A DNA stretch of 63,083 nt, the filler included, from Stramenopiles sp. TOSAG23-3 (Eukaryota): assembly GCA_900128585.1 (NCBI GenBank). It is 18 parts of 18 records of this genome, joined end to end, with 100 filler letters (N's around TTAATTAATTAA, not from the genome) between each part and the next. Parts side by side here need not be neighbours in the genome. Positions count along the whole stretch, not along the records: positions 24,654 to 28,064 come from LT644239.1; positions 28,165 to 31,573 come from LT644240.1; positions 31,674 to 35,079 come from LT644241.1; 15 more parts are not named here. One strand, 5' to 3'. The notes beneath the pieces are model-generated. The model had not been told where the DNA came from. It did not search any database and worked only from the letters and a program-made list of their open reading frames with translations. Shown here one piece after another: positions 25,019-34,308 of this stretch (positions are counted from its first letter, which is position 1; every line of letters begins with the position of its first letter). Position numbers and translations under genes: made by a program.

Positions 25019-25906
25019 ATGGTGCCAAGGGTGCCCTCAAAAGGGGAGGCGGGTGGTTCACTCCTCGTGGACCCTGCGTATCCGCATTTAGGGCACGCAA
25101 AATTTTTGCCTTCCATAAAGAATAGAGAACAACTTGTGTTTCATTACAATGCGGAAAAGTACAACTTCAGAGAGGTGATCATAGAAATGTTTAAGTGCAG
25201 CGAAAAGATAGGGGACTCGTTTGCAAGTGTTGACGCGGAAACGGCGCTTGACAGGATCCATGAGTTAACGTGGCCGGGGAAGCCATTGAAGCAAGGCGGG
25301 GGAAGGGGGAGAAGCAACCTTACGCCTTGGCACACCGAATATGCCACGATCAACCGGCCCCACGGCGCAGGGCACGCAAAATCAGACCGCGAGAAAGCTC
25401 TTTTTGAACGGTACGAAACGATACTTAGAGAGTTCTGCCGAGACGTGGTCTCTCCATTGCTTGGGGTAGGGCCAGAGGAGGACGTTGCCATAGTTTATCA
25501 GCGCCGCCCAACGCTTCGGGTTGGAATGCCCGCAAAGAAACCCATGGGGCACCCACACTGCGATTACGAGTATCACCACCAGCCTGGTGAAATCAATTTT
25601 TGGATACCGTTGAACTCAGTTTTCGGTTCGAACACGTTGTGGACAGAGACCGCGCCCGGAAAAGGCGATTTTTCCCCTCTGGTCCTTCAGTATGGGTCTG
25701 CAATCAGGTTCTGGGGAAATCAATGCAAACATTATACAGTCGCTAACGATTCTGGAAAGACCAGGGTATCTTTAGATTTTCGAGTCATTCGTGCAGATCG
25801 GTTCAACCCTGATTTTGTATGTTCACGTGGCAAACCGGGGCAGTTTCGAATCGGGCAATACTACCTGTCTACTTCTCTTGATTCAAAGTGCCAACCAACT
25901 TCTTAA
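25019..25906 (+). CDS. StrG-like / PhyH-like Fe(II) double-stranded beta-helix oxygenase-fold protein
   Basis: YQRRPTLRV, HCD (HxD), EINFWIPL, SNTLWTE, distal H in CKHYTVAN, TRVSLDFRV. Confidence 0.75.
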   Translation: MVPRVPSKGEAGGSLLVDPAYPHLGHAKFLPSIKNREQLVFHYNAEKYNFREVIIEMFKCSEKIGDSFASVDAETALDRIHELTWPGKPLKQGGGRGRSNLTPWHTEYATINRPHGAGHAKSDREKALFERYETILREFCRDVVSPLLGVGPEEDVAIVYQRRPTLRVGMPAKKPMGHPHCDYEYHHQPGEINFWIPLNSVFGSNTLWTETAPGKGDFSPLVLQYGSAIRFWGNQCKHYTVANDSGKTRVSLDFRVIRADRFNPDFVCSRGKPGQFRIGQYYLSTSLDSKCQPTS

Positions 25907-26580
25907 ATTGAAATCGTCAGTCGTTTTGGTCGTCGTTAGTAGCAGAACCGTAATATATATATAATATATAGTATATATTTTCTTTTTTGTGTATCTTTCA
26001 TTCTTCTTCATCCGCAGTTTTTTTTTAGATTAATTATAATAATAAATAGACTACTATTATGAGTATATAATATTAATACAGTACCAGGTACACATCATTG
26101 CAAAAGTTACATCGCACAACAATCTCCATCCTCCATCCAAACAACCACACCACCACCAACTGAAAAATAAAAAATAATAATAATCCCCTAATTTGATTTG
26201 TGGGTGGTGCTGGTGCTGTGCTGTCTGCTGCTCTTCTTATATTATATTTTCTTATTATATCGTATTATCGTATTTTATATAATTATTTTTTTTTTATAGC
26301 TAATTCGTACCGCCGTAGCTCTTTCTCTACACACCAATAATATATATTTATATTTTATATAATAAATATGTAAAAAAAATATATATTTTATATATGGTTA
26401 GTTCGTTATTATACTATTTTCTTCTCATACGAAGACGAGGAGGCGTTCGTGCGTTGCTTGTAAAGAAACATAAATAAATGAAATAACCCCTTTTATACTT
26501 ACCATCATCACCAGTTCGGAATTTTTACTTTGTACTGGATTGGCTTTTACCCTCTTCTCTCCAAAAGCAAATCTCTGCGG

Positions 26581-27828
26581 ATGGGGAATGCACGAGCCTC
26601 ATTGGTCATTGTACTGTTTGCCAAGGTTGTGTTCGGCGTGGTTGGCACTAACTACTTGCCTATTCTTGGTTCTTCCACGGCTTCGTCCATAATCGTTGTC
26701 GACTTGAACGTTGGTGGCAAGCCGCAACAGAAGTTCGTCGGGCGGGATGACGACCCATTTACAGCCGCGAAAAACATATGCTCGCAACTCTACTGCAAAC
26801 CCAAGTTCCAGAATATATTAGAGCAACACATTTTCGATAAACAGCAGTCATCGCGTGCATCGGCTTCCTTGCCGACGCTCGTTAAAGACCTGGAAACGGC
26901 CTCTTTTGAAGTAGACGAGTTAGAAAATTCAACATTTTGGGCAGAGCAACTGCTGTCGTTGCAAGGCTGCCTGCGGAACTTTCCCATGCAATTCTTAAAA
27001 TGCGAGGTTATCCAGTTCTTAATGTTTATGGGAAACCACGAGCTGGCAAAATCCGAGTTTAGTTGGCTGGCTGACAACGTCTCCTCTAAGTGGTTAGACC
27101 TTGCACTCGCAGAGTCGTTCGTCGGAACCCCCAACCTGATGACCATCGGCAAATCTGAAGCAAACGCACTGCAGTATGAAACATCATCCAATTTGCTGCA
27201 CCACGTATACTCTTTGGCGCGTTTTACGACCGCCACACAGCTCAACATAAATCGAATGGAGATTATCGTCGAATTTGGAGGAGGATATGGCAGCTTTGCC
27301 CGCCTTGCGTTTCAAGCCGGGTTTAATGGAAAGTACGTAATTCACGATTTGAACCCCTTCAGCATTTTGCAGAAGCACTACCTCTTTAGCGTTGGTGTCC
27401 CCGTTCGTGAGTTGGAAGACTGGGACAAGTATACCAACGGAGTATGGTTTACGAGCAGCTTGCGAGACTTCGAATCGCTTAAGCTGAATTCTCCAGGTGT
27501 ACAGAAGAACAAGAATACCATGTTAGTTGGTATGTTTAGTTTGAGCGAGGTGAGCGTCGAGTTGAGAGAAAAGTTTTTTTCGCTTGGCCCAGCGTCGTTT
27601 CATAACTATCTTTTTCTAGTGCAACCAAGCTGGCGCGAGAACACCGTAGCCCTAAACTTGGAGTGGTTCTCAAAGTTTATGCTTGTCGAAAGGGGTGATT
27701 TGTCGTGGCACACGTGGGCGGATTACGGAACGAACGACGATAGATTTATTTGCGGGTCCTGGAACAGGGCAGGCGCAGTGCAAACATACCCTCAGTTTTA
27801 CCCAGGGGAGAAGATGCCCGAGAGGTAA
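26581..27828 (+). CDS. Secretory-pathway SAM-dependent methyltransferase, putative sugar O-methyltransferase-like
   Basis: Hydrophobic N-terminal signal/anchor; motif I IVEFGGGYGSFAR; YVIHDL..FSILQKHYL; MFSLSE. Confidence 0.75.
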   Translation: MGNARASLVIVLFAKVVFGVVGTNYLPILGSSTASSIIVVDLNVGGKPQQKFVGRDDDPFTAAKNICSQLYCKPKFQNILEQHIFDKQQSSRASASLPTLVKDLETASFEVDELENSTFWAEQLLSLQGCLRNFPMQFLKCEVIQFLMFMGNHELAKSEFSWLADNVSSKWLDLALAESFVGTPNLMTIGKSEANALQYETSSNLLHHVYSLARFTTATQLNINRMEIIVEFGGGYGSFARLAFQAGFNGKYVIHDLNPFSILQKHYLFSVGVPVRELEDWDKYTNGVWFTSSLRDFESLKLNSPGVQKNKNTMLVGMFSLSEVSVELREKFFSLGPASFHNYLFLVQPSWRENTVALNLEWFSKFMLVERGDLSWHTWADYGTNDDRFICGSWNRAGAVQTYPQFYPGEKMPER

Positions 27829-27967
27829 AGAACTTTATAGCTCGCGCACACAGTGTCAGACTCGACTTTTTCTTTTAGAGGTGCGAGAGGACGCTAATCT
27901 TTAAACTTTTGATTTTTGAAAACATATGATTCAAAGACTGATTGTATCATATGTGATTGAGCTTACA

Positions 27968-28043
27968 CACAAGAAAATTAGCTGTTATTAAAAACAAGAA
28001 AATTGGCTGTTATTTAAGTAATTAAATTTAGCTTCGTCGTACC
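27968..28043 (-). repeat. Partial copies (terminus) of dispersed repeat family R1
   Basis: ACAAGAAAATTAGCTGTTATT followed by AACAAGAAAATTGGCTGTTATTTAAGTAATTAAATTTAGCTTCGTCGTACC. Confidence 0.8.
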
Positions 28044-28164
28044 CTAATCCTAACTTGATTCTGTNNNNNNNNNNNNNNNNNNNNNNNNNNNNNNNNNNNN
28101 NNNNNNNNTTAATTAATTAANNNNNNNNNNNNNNNNNNNNNNNNNNNNNNNNNNNNNNNNNNNN

Positions 28165-28323
28165 TGAAGAATGACGTTTAATTAATATATACACAGCATT
28201 AGCGGGTGTGCAATGAATCTTCATCTCAACAAAAAATGAAGAAGATTCAACAAAAAATGAAGAATGACGTCACAACTTAAATTAATATAATATATACACA
28301 GCAATAGCGGGTATGCTTGAATG
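28165..28323. repeat. Imperfect local direct repeats
   Basis: TGAAGAATGACGT...ATATATACACAGCA(T/A)TAGCGGGT occurs twice; TCAACAAAAAATGAAGAA occurs twice. Confidence 0.75.
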
Positions 28324-28753
28324 ATAAAGCATAGTTGAATTTGATATATATCAACAGCGTTCGTCCCCACCGCCGACTTTCAACGCCAACAGATTATCTC
28401 CATTATTATAGGGCAACAGCATTGAGAAAATATCATCAACTGGAAGAAGTAGGAAAATGAATAATCTATTAAATATGGGTGATAACCTTTTATATATCCA
28501 CCGCCTCTATCCATCTATCCATCTATCTTCTCTGTGTGGAGATCATCATCATCACGACTCGCAGTATAATATTATTATGTTTCAAATCATTGTTACTAAC
28601 ATATGTAGATTATTGAGAGACATAAAAGTTTTCGTACGTGTAGCGCGGTATGTTTCTTTCACAGAACAATAAATTTTGCCAGTGTCAGAAATCTATCTGT
28701 CGGAAATCGAAGTTAAATACAAATAAAAAACTATTGAAAATAGGGGGAAGAAG

Positions 28754-31033
28754 ATGGATTTGATCTCTACGTGCTTACTTTCCTACATTATTTTGCACTT
28801 GCTGTACCTTTCATTTCACGAACGCGTGCTTTTTTTTTTTAAAGGAAACTATTTGTACGCCGCAAAGAAGTTGTTGGAACCATTTATTCGCTTTGATTCC
28901 ATTTCGTTGGAAAACACATTATCTCTTGATGGTGCCCCTGAAGATATTGTAAAGAAAAGACTCAAGGGCGTTGAGTATCTGAAGAAAGCCAACACTGCGA
29001 ACCAAGGAGTGGACACGGTACGGAATACTCGTCTGGCCGATCCACGGTTTGAAAATAAAAATGCTTTGACGGTTTTTTACAAAGAATTGAGCAAGCAGAT
29101 TCACATTCCCAACGCAATAAAAGGCTTTAACCGAAAAAGTGGGCGAGTTGTACTCCCAAGTGGGAAAGAAGCCCACTATCTTGGAAACAACGCAGTACAT
29201 TATTTCTCTAAGTCTTTCTACGACGATCTTTCCATGGAGATTGGAAGAAAAATTGCGGAAAGTCAAAGCAAGTATGCCACGACGACATTGAACGAAGAAC
29301 TGCTGCTCCACTCGGAACGCATATGCAAACTTACAAAGATGGAACAAGTACGCTACGCTACAAGCGGCACGGAAGCTGTTGACGCGGCAATAAAAGATGT
29401 ACGCCGAACCACCGGTAAAGACATCATTGTTCGGTTTACAAACGCTTACCATGGTCACTCTACTGGGTTGACGTTCGGATCGAAAAACATGGTCTATTTG
29501 GACGAAATGTCTCCCGATTCGATCAAGTTTATAGAAGATTACCACTACAGAATTGCGGCCGTCATAGTAAATCCAATGCAAGGTGCTCTTGTTGGCACAA
29601 ATAAAATGAGCCCGCCCGGGGAGAAGATGGTCTTCGGCAAACGCGTCTTCGAAAAGCCATCTCGAAGAGACTATTCTGACTGGTTACGTCAAGTGCAGCG
29701 GCAATGCAAATACTGCACTAAATTCTTGACCCCGATAGCGTTTATCGTGGACGATGTGTATTTTGCATTCCGCTCAAAAAACATATTTTCTTTTAACTAC
29801 TTTGCACAAAGCGTGGAGGATGATAAAAAAATCACCCTGAATCCCGACCTGATTGTTCTGGGGAAAGGTATTGCGGCAGGGTTCCCGTTAAGTGTCGTTG
29901 CTGGCAAGAAAAAATTCATGGGTTTTGAAAAGAACGAAAATGGGTATTTGCTGAGTGTCAACACGACTGTCGGCACGTTTTCCGCATGGCAAGGAGGAAT
30001 TATTGCGTCTAACTTGCTTCTCGACAAGATGTTTAAAGAGATTACTGAAACATCGTTTAAACTCAGAAAGCCCATAGAAAACGTATTTATCAAAACTAAT
30101 GATGGATACGACAAATTTGTTGTGGATCTGAACAAACGGCTGGAGGCGAAAGCATGCCCAATACGTGTTCGCAACTTTGCAAACACTTTCTCTATCAACT
30201 ACATGCACGAATCCATTTACAACAGTCTGTTTCCACACTATTTGGCAGCTGAAGAAGTGTTTTTGTCAAATCAGACGGTGGGAAAATTCAATCTTCAACT
30301 CGGCGAAGGAAGCAATGGTTTACCTGAGCTGGAAACTAAATTTGTGGCTGCGGCAACGAAGATGAAAGCCGATGGGTGGTACTTTGAACCGACCGGGAAT
30401 GTCCTTTGGAATGTCAAAATGAAATTGGCCTTGGCAACTGTCAAGAATTTTTTCTTTGATCGCTATGAACAAATAATGACAGATAAGCACATCGACATCT
30501 CCGTCTCGCATAACCACAGTGTAAATCGATGGGGACACTTCTGGAGCTCGGTGGGAATGATCTGCTACTCGTACCCTGCAATTTTTATGGGATACCCGAT
30601 ACAAGGCTTCATCAGTTTTCTGTTGACGCATATGATCCGGCAAGCGGGACACTTTTTCTATGAAAGGCAAGACGTAGATTTCGAAAAGCAAAAATTCGGG
30701 CACAAAGATCCGTCGAAAAAGTTTGCTGCCGCCGGCATTTTCATTGCAATCGCCTGCTTTTTCTATAAAGAGCATGTGCAGGTATTGAAGAACGTGTCCG
30801 ATACAGAATACATCGTCATTTGTGGACTTATGACCGTATTTCCTCACTATGTAGAAATAACACACAAATACGGCTGGATCCGAGGGATTGACTGGATTAT
30901 CAAAATTGTGACAGATCCGTTTACAGATATACCGGACTTTTACAAGTACGCTTTTATCCACCCGAAGTTATTCCTTGATATTCGATCTAGGAACGTTAAG
31001 TATGATTTCAACATTGAAAAAAAAATGTTGTAA
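28754..31033 (+). CDS. Class III PLP aminotransferase (GSA-aminomutase-like) fused to a C-terminal DUF962/Mpo1-like membrane domain
   Basis: SGTEA, AYHG, FIVDDV, PDLIVLGKGIAAGFP (PLP lysine), GTF; then HNHSVNRWGH...RQAGHFFYE with TM helices; N-terminal hydrophobic anchor. Confidence 0.82.
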   Translation: MDLISTCLLSYIILHLLYLSFHERVLFFFKGNYLYAAKKLLEPFIRFDSISLENTLSLDGAPEDIVKKRLKGVEYLKKANTANQGVDTVRNTRLADPRFENKNALTVFYKELSKQIHIPNAIKGFNRKSGRVVLPSGKEAHYLGNNAVHYFSKSFYDDLSMEIGRKIAESQSKYATTTLNEELLLHSERICKLTKMEQVRYATSGTEAVDAAIKDVRRTTGKDIIVRFTNAYHGHSTGLTFGSKNMVYLDEMSPDSIKFIEDYHYRIAAVIVNPMQGALVGTNKMSPPGEKMVFGKRVFEKPSRRDYSDWLRQVQRQCKYCTKFLTPIAFIVDDVYFAFRSKNIFSFNYFAQSVEDDKKITLNPDLIVLGKGIAAGFPLSVVAGKKKFMGFEKNENGYLLSVNTTVGTFSAWQGGIIASNLLLDKMFKEITETSFKLRKPIENVFIKTNDGYDKFVVDLNKRLEAKACPIRVRNFANTFSINYMHESIYNSLFPHYLAAEEVFLSNQTVGKFNLQLGEGSNGLPELETKFVAAATKMKADGWYFEPTGNVLWNVKMKLALATVKNFFFDRYEQIMTDKHIDISVSHNHSVNRWGHFWSSVGMICYSYPAIFMGYPIQGFISFLLTHMIRQAGHFFYERQDVDFEKQKFGHKDPSKKFAAAGIFIAIACFFYKEHVQVLKNVSDTEYIVICGLMTVFPHYVEITHKYGWIRGIDWIIKIVTDPFTDIPDFYKYAFIHPKLFLDIRSRNVKYDFNIEKKML

Positions 31034-31206
31034 AAAAGTATGTAATTACCCACTTGGCAGATGGCTTTTCCCCCACGTGGGAGTTTGTGGAAATCGTGTT
31101 TTTTTCCCGTTTTTCTGCAAATATATATTTTAGATCATACTGGATTAAAAATTAGTTGTAATAAAAAATATTTTAAAATACAGCGCCATTATTTTATAAA
31201 ACATCC

Positions 31207-31419
31207 CTAATACTCCTCCACACACAATCGCCAGCCCTTCAACATGGTCTGTTTCGTTGTGCTGTTTTCTTGAACATAATTTTTGTAAAAATAACTTGTT
31301 TTGAAGAATTCTTTCATGGCACGAGCACTCAACCTCCTGCTTGTTTGTTCTTTTCGTGACAATGCTGCAAAATGATCACTGCCCCGAATTGATTTGATCA
31401 GGTAGCACTGGGACAGATT
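31207..31419 (-). pseudogene. Start-less coding remnant resembling the C-terminus of viral D5-like primase-helicases
   Basis: Hand translation: NLSQCYLIKSIRGSDHFAALSRKEQTSRRLSARAMKEFFKTSYFYKNYVQENSTTKQTMLKGWRLCVEEY*. Blocked upstream by TAA. The resemblance is recalled from memory, not searched. Confidence 0.3.
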
Positions 31420-31971
31420 TTAATAAACATCGAAAAAACGCAAGGAATCATGGTTTATTAAACCAACACGTGCACACACACACCACCGACGATGACCATA
31501 TGTGCCACGCTTGATGCATTCATTGGGACTGCGGGTATTCCTCGCATTTTTTTCTTTTATTTCAGTTTTGAGCNNNNNNNNNNNNNNNNNNNNNNNNNNN
31601 NNNNNNNNNNNNNNNNNTTAATTAATTAANNNNNNNNNNNNNNNNNNNNNNNNNNNNNNNNNNNNNNNNNNNNAATCATCTCCGATCTCCGTCCAATCCA
31701 CCACCACCAACAAAAAAACCACATCATCCTCCTCCTATCCCATTCTTCCACCGAAAGTAATTATTATTCACCAAGCCAAACTGAAGAAGAAGACGTGCAA
31801 AACAGATACTGCGCATTGGAAGTAGTGCAACTTTTAATATATAAATGAATGTGTTGTGTAAAAACGGTGAGCGTAGAATTGGACACATTCCTTTTCAAAA
31901 TACACACAATACACCAGTCTAGGTTATTAGCCCCTTTGCCCCCCACTTGATCCCCGTTGCGTACAGGGGAA

Positions 31972-32623
31972 ATGATTCTTTCCGGCTTGGCAAGGCGGGG
32001 GAGGGCAGCGGCGCATATCGCCGGTTTTGGCAGGCGCTTTCTGTCCGTTCGCACGACGGTGTCATCCATTGCTGGCGTGGACACGGACTCCTCGTTCACA
32101 AACATAACCTCGCCGATATCAGAAAAGGTTGGGAGAAACTTGCACCTGCGGTCGGGCCACCCTTTGAATACAATCAAAACAATAATAGAAGGCCATTTTC
32201 TGGAAAATGCCCCGAACGCGGAAACGTACAAATTTGAGTGCGTCGACGACCGCCTTCCAATAGTGACAACGAAGCAGTGTTTCGACGAACTGATGACGTG
32301 AGCCGGAACAAATCCGACACGTACTATGTGAGCGAGGACCGGGTCCTTAGGACCCACACTAGCGCTCACCAGACGGAACTTATGAGGGAAGGGAAAAAGG
32401 CGTTTCTGTGCACGGGAGACGTTTACAGAAGGGACGAGATCGACAGCAGCCACTACCCCGTGTTTCACCAGATGGAAGGCGTTAAATTTTTTGAGCCAAG
32501 CGAGTTGCCAAACCCAGAGAACCCGACTGATGGGTCCAATGTAAAGTATATCGAGGACGATTTGAAAGATCACCTGGAAGGCATGGTCCAAGCACTGTTC
32601 GGGCCCAACATCGAGACGCGCTG
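31972..32623 (+). pseudogene. FARS2: Mitochondrial-type phenylalanyl-tRNA synthetase, frameshifted and 3'-truncated
   Basis: Targeting-like N-terminus; [26 protein letters not shown] then a frameshift to [41 protein letters not shown]. Homology stops at FGPNIETR with no GT donor; the YFPFT motif and anticodon-binding domain are absent. Confidence 0.85.
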
Positions 32624-32751
32624 CCATTATAAAATAGTAACACCCCTGACTATATCCATTAAACCCGTGTGTACTAGAATATATTTTATGAGCCACGAAA
32701 TTATGGTTTTTATTTTATTTTACAATATTATCTTTGTGTATATTTTGCAAG

Positions 32752-32871
32752 ATCACAGAACGCTAATGATATTTCAATATATGAAAAATCACGTAACGCT
32801 AATGATATTTCCATATATGACAAATCACAGAACGCTAATGATATTTATTTCCATATATGAAAAATTACAGA
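32752..32871. repeat. 36-bp minisatellite, ~3.2 copies
   Basis: ATCACAGAACGCTAATGATATTTC(A/C)ATATATGA(A/C)AA at 32752, 32788 and 32824; head-to-tail with no spacers. Confidence 0.9.
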
Positions 32872-33220
32872 GGTTGTTTTTTATTTTTTTCATTCAATCT
32901 TATCTATATGTATAAATTGTGTTGTAACTGCACCTAATCCGAATTAATGTTCCAGGAACCCTGTTACACTAGACGACTCCTTCATGTCTTAATTTTTTTT
33001 ATTTAATACCTTAATAATATATCAATTATTTTATCTACTAGCTAAAAAACTAAATATTTCCTTTTCTATTTCGTTATTTTTGGTCCTTGGACTAGTGTCG
33101 GCAGGAGATTTAAATACTCTAAAAGCCTAAATTTTAGATCTATTCAGAAATAAAAGTTCACAATACAATAGTTTATACTTATAAAGTGGTTCGGTATTTC
33201 AAACGTTCGTTGTCAGCTCT

Positions 33221-33578
33221 CTAATTAGATCCGAAAATCGGTGAAGTGGTGGTCTGCTATTGCCTGTACTTTTTCACTAGTCGCAAATGTCCAGGCAGAG
33301 CACCGACTAACTTTTTTGGGGGCATTTTTTGCTATATGGATTTATATAGGTAAATATTACAAGTACAACTCGCGTTTATCGCAAAAACTTTTAATATTGT
33401 ATTTATAAAATTTACCAATATATATTTGTTTAGTAAGAAAAAATAATAACCTGCCTGTGCCACGCTAGCACTTTCTCAAAAAAAAGTTAGTCGGTGCTCT
33501 GTGCCTGGACATTTGCGCCTAGTGAAAAAGTACAGGCAATACGAGACAACCACTTCACTGATTTTCGGATCTAATTAG
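33221..33578. mobile_element. MITE-like non-autonomous element (358 bp) with ~98-bp terminal inverted repeats
   Basis: 33221-33317 (CTAATTAGATCCGAAAATCGGTGAAGTGG...GCACCGACTAACTTTTTT) is the reverse complement of 33481-33578, with about 5 substitutions and one 2-bp indel. AT-rich non-coding interior. Confidence 0.85.
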
Positions 33579-33848
33579 GTACTGAATCATCCTTTTTCAT
33601 TTTAAGGAACCAAAAAATCTAATTTAAATCCAAGTATCTAATTTAAAATGGCAACTTTTCTGCTGTATACGAAGAAGATTTCTTTGATTTCACCCTGACA
33701 TGCTGGGTAACTTGTAAATTAAAATATAAAAAACTTAATGCATTAGTATGTTTGAATGAGAATATGCATCCCAATCAATCGTTTTTTACAAGTTTGATAT
33801 GGAATCCTGATTGTTCGTTTTTTTGTTTTAAAATTAGGATACTCATCT

Positions 33849-33962
33849 ATGAGTGAGATATCAGATGAAGAAGTTGATTACGGCTCATCTGACATCGTCG
33901 GAAATCCAAATATCTATTTGGATTACGCATGGAGTAAACCAGGGAATTATAGTCAAGACTAA
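33849..33962 (+). CDS. 37-aa micro-ORF in R1, copy 2: MSEISDEEVDYGSSDIVGNPNIYLDYAWSKPGNYSQD
   Basis: Hand translation; collinear and gap-free with copies 1 and 3. Confidence 0.5.
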   Translation: MSEISDEEVDYGSSDIVGNPNIYLDYAWSKPGNYSQD

Positions 33963-34194
33963 GCTACAAGAGTAAATTGATTAAGAAAATCATAGGAGTA
34001 GAGATAAAGTTCGCACTGCATGAAGGAAGCAAATCTTTAATGGACAGAAGGAGCAGATTCACATTCGTGGTACATGAAGAAGATAAATTTTCATTACTTA
34101 AATATAACAAAAAATTGGCTGTTATTTAAGTAATTAATGTACTGCGAACTGAACTCTACTGGTGTGAATTTAGTAATCAATATGTCCTTGCCAC

Positions 34195-34308
34195 TTAGTC
34201 TTGACTATCATTTCCATATGTACTCCATGCATGATCCGAATCGGTGAGTGAAAACGCGTTAACGCCATAAGACCCATAATCAACTTCCTCGTCCAATATC
34301 TCACTCAT
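34195..34308 (-). CDS. 37-aa micro-ORF in R1, copy 3: MSEILDEEVDYGSYGVNAFSLTDSDHAWSTYGNDSQD
   Basis: The last 37 aa of track ORF 34195..34560; collinear with copies 1 and 2. Confidence 0.5.
   Translation of the reverse strand: MSEILDEEVDYGSYGVNAFSLTDSDHAWSTYGNDSQD

Noticed and set aside
28042-28054. CCCTAATCCTAA (and TTTTAGGG at ~10431) beside R1 copies as telomeric repeats
   Set aside because: Only one or two imperfect units; not enough to claim telomere association.
32299-32301. In-frame TGA in PheRS as selenocysteine or readthrough
   Set aside because: Homology continues in a different frame, so readthrough would not restore the protein.
32752-32871. 36-bp repeats as a CRISPR array
   Set aside because: Head-to-tail with no spacers, no cas genes and a eukaryotic context; it is a minisatellite.
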